From: Chloroflexota bacterium
GTDB taxonomy: Bacteria; Chloroflexota; UBA11872
Reading direction: 5' to 3'
Assembly: GCA_965208215.1 (NCBI GenBank)
Contig: CBDBOH010000003.1
Location: forward strand, 1,761,259-1,825,258
Length of the DNA stretch: 64,000 nucleotides
A model generated the notes under the pieces. It saw nothing but the letters and a program-made list of their open reading frames with translations. It made no database searches and was not told the origin of the DNA. The position numbers and the translations under genes were made by a program. Numbering within the stretch: position 1 is the first letter of the stretch; every line of letters starts with the position of its first letter. Below, one piece after another: positions 57,735 to 64,000 of the stretch.

Positions 57735-58877
57735 ATGGCCGAGAGCGTCAGCCTTGCCTCGCTCCGCTACGCCTCCGTCGCCGTCAACGACCGCATCTGC
57801 TGGAACTTCGCGGAGATTGGCGACGATCAGGGCCTGACGGCCGTCGTCGAGACCACCTCCGGCGGAGACGTCGTCAGCTACCTCACGCCTCTCATGCAGG
57901 CTGTCGCGGGCCGCCCTATCCAGGGCGAGGCCGATGCTGTGGGCATCGCCGGACTCACGCCGCGCCAACTCACGAGGGACTTCGCCCTCGCCACCGCCGT
58001 CAGCGCCGTGCGCACCGCCGTTGTCGACATCCAGGCCAAGCGCGACGGCCTCTCGCTCACCCAGGCCCTGGGCGGTCAGCCTGTCGAAAGCGTTGAGCTC
58101 TACGCCAACACCAATCGCCACCTGCTGACCACCGACCGCCGCCCCCGCGACTTCGCCGCCGTCGCCGAACGCGCCGCTCGCGACGGTTTTCGCACCATCA
58201 AGTGCACCCCGTTTGACGAAGTCGATCCCAAGGATCCCGGTGCCGACTTTGTCGAGGCGGCCCGCCCCGGACTCGACCGGCTGGCCGCCGCCCGCAGCGC
58301 TATCGGCCCTGGCGTCACCCTCCTGGTCGACTGCCACAGCCGCTTCGACCTCTGCTCTGCGCTGGACGTGGCCGATGAACTGGCCAAGCTCGACGTCGGC
58401 TGGTTCGAGGAGCCCGTCAATCCGGAGCGAGACCCGGAAGCCCTTGCCGAGATTGCGTCCCGTGTCTCCATGCCCGTCGCAGGGGGCGAACACGCATACG
58501 GCGCCAAGTTCTTTCAGCGTCTGGTCGCCTTACGCGCCGTCGACGTTGCCATGCCCGACATCAAGCACTGCGGCGGTGTCCGCGAGGCCGTCCGGGCCGC
58601 CAAGTTGGTGGCGGATCAGGGCGGCCGGACCTCCCTCCACGGCCCCAGCGGTCCCGTCTCCATTCTCGCCGGCGCGCACGTCACCGCCGCCATGCCGGCC
58701 GCCCTCCCGCTCGAATTCGGTGCCTACGAATGTCCCTGGCGAGCCGATCTCATCGACCCGCCTGAACGCGTTCACAACGGCCGCCTGCACCTCCCTACCA
58801 CCCCCGGCCTCGGCGCCCGCCTCAACCCATCGCTCCTTCGAACCCACGGCCATGGTTGGAGCCCCGTGTCACTCTGA
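57735..58877 (+). CDS. Mandelate racemase/muconate lactonising (enolase superfamily) enzyme, dehydratase-like
   Basis: IKCTPF, LLVDCHSRF, WFEEP, VAGGE, MPDIKHCGG, HGPSGP. Confidence 0.9.
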   Translation: MAESVSLASLRYASVAVNDRICWNFAEIGDDQGLTAVVETTSGGDVVSYLTPLMQAVAGRPIQGEADAVGIAGLTPRQLTRDFALATAVSAVRTAVVDIQAKRDGLSLTQALGGQPVESVELYANTNRHLLTTDRRPRDFAAVAERAARDGFRTIKCTPFDEVDPKDPGADFVEAARPGLDRLAAARSAIGPGVTLLVDCHSRFDLCSALDVADELAKLDVGWFEEPVNPERDPEALAEIASRVSMPVAGGEHAYGAKFFQRLVALRAVDVAMPDIKHCGGVREAVRAAKLVADQGGRTSLHGPSGPVSILAGAHVTAAMPAALPLEFGAYECPWRADLIDPPERVHNGRLHLPTTPGLGARLNPSLLRTHGHGWSPVSL

Positions 58878-58949
58878 GTCTCGGTCGCTCCCTCCACCCG
58901 GAGCCCGTCAAGCGATATTCATCCAAGCGCGACGTTGCTTCACGGAGGT

Positions 58950-58992
58950 GTGAGGCATCGCATGAGTCATAATGACTCATACCGTGACTCAC
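58950..58992. promoter_or_regulatory. Operator array upstream of the RHH-VapC module
   Basis: ATGAGTCAT-A-ATGACTCAT perfect inverted pair (58962-58980), flanked by GTGAGGCAT (58950) and GTGACTCAC (58984), overlapping a CATAAT -10-like box. Confidence 0.65.
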
Positions 58993-59005
58993 CGGGAGGG
59001 TATTC

Positions 59006-59269
59006 GTGCGCCAGTTGACCGTCCGCGGCTTCGACGACGAACTCAGCTCGGCAATCCAGGGGCTCGCCCAGCGCGAGGGCATCTCCCTCAACAAGGCCGC
59101 GCTCCGGCTCCTTCGCAAAGGCGCCGGGCTGGCCGACGGCACCGAGGGGCGCCAAAAGATTGGATCTTCTTTGGACCATCTGATCGGAACCTGGACCCAG
59201 GAGCAAGCCGACGAGTTCGACGCCGCACTTCAGGAGTTCGAGAAGATTGACGAGGAAATGTGGAAGTGA
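59006..59269 (+). CDS. Ribbon-helix-helix (FitA-like) antitoxin
   Basis: MRQLTVRGFDDELSSAIQGLAQREGISLNKAALRLL; GGGAGG RBS. Confidence 0.85.
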   Translation: MRQLTVRGFDDELSSAIQGLAQREGISLNKAALRLLRKGAGLADGTEGRQKIGSSLDHLIGTWTQEQADEFDAALQEFEKIDEEMWK

Positions 59270-59664
59270 GGCTCCTGCTTGACGCGAACGCTTACTCCCT
59301 GCTTCTTCGTGAACAAAGGCAAGTTGCGCGGCTTGTGCGGGGCGCCGAGGAGATTCTCCTCTCGGCAATCGTCGTCGGTGAGTTGCTCGCCGGGTTTCGG
59401 CGCGGCTCGCGCTTTGAGCAGAACCTTGCCGATCTGCAAAACACGCTGGACAACCCGCGCGTGACATTCGTTCCCGTTGGGTTGGTCACGGCTGATCGCT
59501 ACGCCCGGATCGTGGCTTCCTTGCGAGACAAGGGCCGTCCCATCCCAGCAAGCGACGCGTGGATCGCCGCGCATGCCATGGAAACCGGCGCCGACCTCGT
59601 CTCCGCCGACCGCCACTTCGAACACGTCGATGGCATCGCCTGGGTACGCCTGGCGGCGACCTGA
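59266..59664 (+). CDS. vapC: VapC/PIN toxin
   Basis: GTGA overlap; LLDANAYS, VVGELLAG, SDAWIAAH, SADRHFE. Confidence 0.92.
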   Translation: MRLLLDANAYSLLLREQRQVARLVRGAEEILLSAIVVGELLAGFRRGSRFEQNLADLQNTLDNPRVTFVPVGLVTADRYARIVASLRDKGRPIPASDAWIAAHAMETGADLVSADRHFEHVDGIAWVRLAAT

Positions 59665-59837
59665 CTAGGCGGCGCCCGGCGTTCTCCAAGCCAATCGCGC
59701 AGAGCCTTCCGATCGCCGGCGACGCCAGGCTTTGTTCGCTCCACGACGGTCTGATAGCGGCCATCCAGGACCCGCGCGTTGTCGCGAACGCCGGTCAGCG
59801 CTAATCGGCTTCCGAGAACTCCGTACGGTCCTTCGGT

Positions 59838-60146
59838 TCAGGCCGCTGGCGGAGCCAGGCGCTCGAGTATGCGCTGCACGTCCCGACGGACCTCACGCAC
59901 ATCCTGCCGAACGTCGCTGACTTCCTGCCGCACGTCACTGACTTCCTGCCGCACGTCCCGAACGTCCTTGCGAACCTCGCGAATGTCGGCGCTCAGCCGC
60001 TGATCGAGAGCCCGGATATCGGCTCTAATCTGCTCGTCCGCCTCCTCCAGGTTCGCGATGCCCTTCTCGACCTTCCCGAACCGCCAGGCTGCCCCAGCAA
60101 CGATTCCAATAAACCCGAGCATCAGGCCAAGCATTGCCCAATCCAT
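59838..60146 (-). CDS. N-terminal TM plus heptad coiled-coil protein, 102 aa
   Basis: Hydrophobic N-terminus followed by (DVRQEVS)n heptads. Confidence 0.75.
   Translation of the reverse strand: MDWAMLGLMLGFIGIVAGAAWRFGKVEKGIANLEEADEQIRADIRALDQRLSADIREVRKDVRDVRQEVSDVRQEVSDVRQDVREVRRDVQRILERLAPPAA
59890..59973. repeat. 21-nt tandem repeat, two near-identical and two degenerate units
   Basis: ACGTC(G/A)CTGACTTCCTGCCGC at 59911 and 59932. Confidence 0.85.
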
Positions 60147-60376
60147 AGCGTACCCTCAGATCGCTCGTGCTCGGCAGCCGCCCTCCAACCGATGGAAATA
60201 CCCTGTAGACACTCTAGTCTGCACGCGCGGGGGCATCAAGAGCCTGTGGGCCGGCCGACGACCCTTACCGACGACGGCACAGGCGGCGTCACGCTCCCCG
60301 GCCGGATGTTCTAGCCAATCCGTAACGCGACAGCGGCCACAACAAGGGGATCGCTCAATGGAAGGCGAGCCGGAAG

Positions 60377-61213
60377 TTGTCTAGCCCCCGACTGTGGCAA
60401 GTGTTCAAGGGAGTTGACCTGCACATCGAGGACGTCTACCTGCTCGAACCGTTTCAGATCGAGTACTTCCCGGGTTGGGTCCCGGAGCGCGAGCTTGCCA
60501 CGGTGCTCCGGGCCCATCCCGCAATCGACCGCTTCCTCAGAACCAGGGCGCCGGCAATCGCACCATTCCTGGACGCAACAAAGGCTCGGCATCGGTTGTC
60601 GGCCGGCCGGAGTGATCTTGCTCAATCCGAGGAAACGCTGATCTGGACGATTGCCGACCTGGTCGTCTACAACAAGTGCCCCGAGGTTTATGACGGTCTG
60701 GACTTCCATGACTGGGACTTCGCCGCGGTCACCAGCATCACGCCCCTGGAGGGCCGGGTGGTCCTCGACGTCGGTTCCGGAACCGGTCGTGTTGCCTTGG
60801 AAGCCGCCACCATCGCTTCAGCCGTCGTTGCCGTGGAACCGGTCCCGCGGCTGCGCCACTTCATCAGGGACAAGGCGGCGAAGTCGGGCCGGCGCAACAT
60901 CCGCGTCGTAGCTGGCTTTGGCCACCACATACCGCTGCCCGATGATTCCGCCGACGTGGTCATAACGTCGCACGCCCTCGGCTGGCGCCTTGAAGACGAA
61001 CTGGCTGAGTTCGAGCGCGTCGTAGCCCCCGCCGGCTACATCATTCACTGCCCGGGCACGGCCGAAATCGCCGCCGAGGAGCAACAGCACAGGCGCCTGA
61101 TCGAGCCGGCGTGGAACTATCGGTTCGCCAGGTTCCGCGAAGCCGACGGCTGGAAGCGAAAGTACTGGAAGCAGCTTCCGGCGACCGGTTCAATGGGGCG
61201 ACCGGCTCCTTAG
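60377..61213 (+). CDS. Class I SAM-dependent methyltransferase
   Basis: VLDVGSGTG, VAVEP, LPDDSADVV; TTG start. Confidence 0.85.
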   Translation: MSSPRLWQVFKGVDLHIEDVYLLEPFQIEYFPGWVPERELATVLRAHPAIDRFLRTRAPAIAPFLDATKARHRLSAGRSDLAQSEETLIWTIADLVVYNKCPEVYDGLDFHDWDFAAVTSITPLEGRVVLDVGSGTGRVALEAATIASAVVAVEPVPRLRHFIRDKAAKSGRRNIRVVAGFGHHIPLPDDSADVVITSHALGWRLEDELAEFERVVAPAGYIIHCPGTAEIAAEEQQHRRLIEPAWNYRFARFREADGWKRKYWKQLPATGSMGRPAP

Positions 61214-61282
61214 GGTGGGTTGCCGCTCCGCCTTCAGGCTCGCCGCATTCGATAATCCGTCAGGCAGCGCAGGGAGAAACCC

Positions 61283-61924
61283 ATGAACGTCAACGTCGAG
61301 GAGAACCTGGGCGCCGTCGATCGCTCCGTCTGCGCACTCCAGCGCGATGGGCAGCCTGCCCACGCGGTCATCCTGGCCCGCACCTACACCACCACGCATG
61401 AGGACCTGTGGGACGCCGTGACCAGTGACCAGCGCATCCCAAGATGGTTCCTGCCCATTAGCGGGAGCCTCGAACTCGGCGGCAGCTACCAGTTGGAAGG
61501 CAACGCCGGCGGCCGTATCACCGCCTGCCAGCCGCCGTGGAGTTACGCCATCACCTGGGAGTTCGGGGGTTTCGTGACGTGGGTGGACGTCCGGGTATCG
61601 GCCGAAGGCCCCCACAACGCCCGATTTTCGATCACGCACACCGCCCACCACTCCGAGCACTGGGACACCTTCGGTCCCGGAGCAACCGGCGTCGGATTCG
61701 AGATGGGGCTACTGGGGCTGCACCTGCATCTCACGGACCCGGACCAGCCCAGGCCCGATCCGCTCGAATTCGCTATGTCGCCCGACGGCAAGGCCCTCCT
61801 CATCGGCAGTGGGCGGGCCTGGGGCGAAGCCGCCATCGCCGCCGGAGCCGACCCGGAACTCGCCCGAGCTTCCGCCGCGCGCACGATCGCTTTCTACACC
61901 GGCGAAGAAGCCGATGCCGGCTGA
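61283..61924 (+). CDS. SRPBCC/AHSA1 domain protein
   Basis: DLWDAVT...RWFLPISG.L..GG.YQLEGNAGG, GPGATGVG. Confidence 0.88.
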   Translation: MNVNVEENLGAVDRSVCALQRDGQPAHAVILARTYTTTHEDLWDAVTSDQRIPRWFLPISGSLELGGSYQLEGNAGGRITACQPPWSYAITWEFGGFVTWVDVRVSAEGPHNARFSITHTAHHSEHWDTFGPGATGVGFEMGLLGLHLHLTDPDQPRPDPLEFAMSPDGKALLIGSGRAWGEAAIAAGADPELARASAARTIAFYTGEEADAG

Positions 61925-61967
61925 CCCGGGACTGCTACCCGGAACGCAACCGGCGAGGACCTAGCCG

Positions 61968-62336
61968 ATGCGAATCGTCATGCTCGTGCTGGCCTTCATC
62001 TACGCAGCCCTGGCCATGTTCACCGCGGCCGTGGGTTCCCTTGCCGACGGCGGCGACGTCTGGTCGCGGCTCGTGCTGGTGCTGCTCCACCCCCTGGCCG
62101 CCGGTGCGCTCCTGCTGCTGGTCTTCCGGCCCACAGCTTCGCGCAAGCTCGTGGCGGGCATCGCGATCGTGCTGCTGGCCACCGTGGCCGCGGACCTGTC
62201 GCTCGCCGCCGCCATCGCCGGTGGCGCCATGAAGGGCGACTGGGAACTCCCCGTCATCTTCGCCGTCATCCCCGCCCTTGGCGTGCTCTATGCCCTGGGA
62301 CGAGCCTTGAAGTCGACCCGCTCAAGTCCGCGCTAG
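61968..62336 (+). CDS. Small four-TM membrane protein
   Basis: Four hydrophobic segments; typical high-GC codon usage. Confidence 0.7.
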   Translation: MRIVMLVLAFIYAALAMFTAAVGSLADGGDVWSRLVLVLLHPLAAGALLLLVFRPTASRKLVAGIAIVLLATVAADLSLAAAIAGGAMKGDWELPVIFAVIPALGVLYALGRALKSTRSSPR

Positions 62337-62920
62337 CGCCGCCGTCGAGTCGCGTAGGCCAGGATCCCGCCCAGCAGGCCTACCGTAACGGCCGTCACCA
62401 GCAACGCAACCCAAACGCCCGCGGCAAACGAGTCCGGAGTCGGCCCCGGCGGAACTCCCGCCGTCCCGGCCCGCGGCGCCCGCCCTGCGCCCAGCGCCTC
62501 CAGGTCGGCTTGCGCGTCCCGTAGAAGAGCTGTCCGACTGCAGATGCTCACCTGGTAGCCACTGTCGGTTGAAGCGCTTACGAAGGCGTACACGATGTAC
62601 TGCCCACCCTCGCTGAAGGCAAACCCGCAACTCCCGCCCGTCGGCGGCGTGGTGATGTACATGCGCTCGTGCACCACGCCCTTCCAGACGGTGCTGACGT
62701 CAATGCCAACGGTCGTGTGATCGCCAGGCTTGTATGGCGTGACGTTCGAGTCAAAGGAATGGCTGACTGATACCACTTTGCCCGCGAATACCGCGTCAAA
62801 CTTCTCAAGCTCTTCGGTCGGCGAGCCGGGTACCACGCACTTGCACGCGTGGACTGCGGCCAGGCTCCCGAGGAACCACAGGGCGGCAAGCACGAGCGCG
62901 ACACCCACGACGCGCGTCAT
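62333..62920 (-). CDS. Secreted, membrane-anchored TIMP/NTR-like protein
   Basis: Signal peptide ending AVHA, then CKC, FDAVFAGKV, GGSCG, YIVYA, SICSRT; C-terminal TM plus RRRR. Confidence 0.7.
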   Translation of the reverse strand: MTRVVGVALVLAALWFLGSLAAVHACKCVVPGSPTEELEKFDAVFAGKVVSVSHSFDSNVTPYKPGDHTTVGIDVSTVWKGVVHERMYITTPPTGGSCGFAFSEGGQYIVYAFVSASTDSGYQVSICSRTALLRDAQADLEALGAGRAPRAGTAGVPPGPTPDSFAAGVWVALLVTAVTVGLLGGILAYATRRRR

Positions 62921-62963
62921 CGAACTCGTCACGTGCGCGATTCCCCTCTGGTCGCCGGAGGGA

Positions 62964-64000
62964 TCAGTCAATTATCGGCCAGTCCCCGGTCAGGTCGACG
63001 CCGAGCCGCTTCGCTCGCTCGGCCACCGATGTCGACACGGCCTGGCAGACCGTGTGTTCGTCAACGCGGGTCGAGCGCCCGCCGCTGAACACGACTTGGC
63101 CGTTAACCAGCACCGTCTCCACGCTGCCGCTCCCCATCGTCAGCGCCAGCTGATGCACCGGATGGTTGTCGGGATACGCCTCGACCGCGGCGGGGGATCT
63201 CACCACAACATCGGCGCGTCTCCCCGCCTCCAGGCTCCCCAGTTCCGCCTCCTGGCCGGCCGCCGCCGCCGCATTGACGGTCTGCATTTCCAGCAACGCC
63301 TCGGCCGAAATGGGATCCGCATACGTCTGCGCCGCGAAATGCGCGGCCTGCATCGTGTCCCCCGGCGTGCCGTCGAAGGACCCGTCCGTGCCCAGCGATA
63401 CGCGCACTCCCCGCCGGAGGCGCTCCGCCATCTTGAAATGGGTACGCCCGCCGATCCCCAGCGAGAAGAATGCCGTCGGGCACCACACGATCTGGCAGCC
63501 CGACTCGCGAACCGCCGCTTCCTCGGCGTCATCCAGCGCGTTCGCGTGCACCACCACCGTCTGCTCGTCCAGCACCCTCAGCTCGTGCAGGTGCACCAGC
63601 TGGCTGGTGCCGTTCAAGGCCCGATAGATCTCGGCTTCCTCGGGAACGTATCCGGCGTGCAGGTGCAGCGGCACGTCATTCGCGCGAGCGCACGCGTGGG
63701 CCGCCTGCACGAGCTCCGGCGAGCCGGTTCCAACCCCGTACACAAAGACGTACCCGCGAACCGGCGCGTCAGGGTCCGCATTGCGGTGAAGCTCCTGGTC
63801 CAGTTGAGCCAACGAACGGTCGAGGTCGATGGGCGCCCGAGCCATCAGGCATTGGCTCTCCAGGGCCGGCATCGCCTCAAAGGCCTCCCGCCGATCCCAG
63901 AGATACGTCGGCGCCACCAGCGCCCGCAGCCCCACGCGCTCGATCGCCGCCGCTGCCGCCGCCGTCGCAAACAGCGACCCCGGCTCAATGAACATCGTGA
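62964..64000 (-). CDS. Amidohydrolase (MTA/SAH-deaminase-like), 5' part outside the window
   Basis: LHLHAG, VVVHANAL, SLGTDG, GSLEAGRRADVV; the frame continues off the right edge. Confidence 0.88.
   Translation of the reverse strand, partial: TMFIEPGSLFATAAAAAAIERVGLRALVAPTYLWDRREAFEAMPALESQCLMARAPIDLDRSLAQLDQELHRNADPDAPVRGYVFVYGVGTGSPELVQAAHACARANDVPLHLHAGYVPEEAEIYRALNGTSQLVHLHELRVLDEQTVVVHANALDDAEEAAVRESGCQIVWCPTAFFSLGIGGRTHFKMAERLRRGVRVSLGTDGSFDGTPGDTMQAAHFAAQTYADPISAEALLEMQTVNAAAAAGQEAELGSLEAGRRADVVVRSPAAVEAYPDNHPVHQLALTMGSGSVETVLVNGQVVFSGGRSTRVDEHTVCQAVSTSVAERAKRLGVDLTGDWPIID

Overview
A 64-kb window from a GC-rich bacterial chromosome. The lineage cannot be fixed from sequence alone; gene content, non-AUG starts and a REP-like motif hint at Chloroflexota, which is inference. 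I support about 55 CDS, mostly catabolic and transport genes (lhr, helD, nhaA, putP, amidohydrolases, P450, permeases). Three visibly AT-richer accessory blocks interrupt them: 1-790, a Menshen-like three-gene defence operon at 20270-23491, and a 528-aa orphan at 38785-40371. There are five type II toxin-antitoxin loci, three of them decayed. I found no rRNA, tRNA, CRISPR array, integrase or transposase. The strongest leads follow. (1) Two paralogous NCS2/NAT permeases with degenerate substrate motifs, each fused to a C-terminal RsbW-like GHKL domain lacking catalytic boxes, are candidate transporter-sensors. (2) A DxDxH amidohydrolase-fold protein coupled to a Rieske ferredoxin is a candidate dinuclear C-H hydroxylase. 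(3) A peroxiredoxin-like gene missed by the ORF track has an in-frame UGA in a UxxC motif followed by a hairpin, suggesting a selenoprotein. (4) A large coiled-coil/RelE-like protein sits in the toxin slot of a phd operon, inside a recombination scar that can be reconstructed from duplicated gene ends. (5) A candidate nhaA-I-type cation riboswitch precedes nhaA. (6) A lipoprotein with three Ig-like domains carrying ExH/HxE motifs lies upstream of a two-component system. All family calls come from motif recognition by eye; no database search was run.
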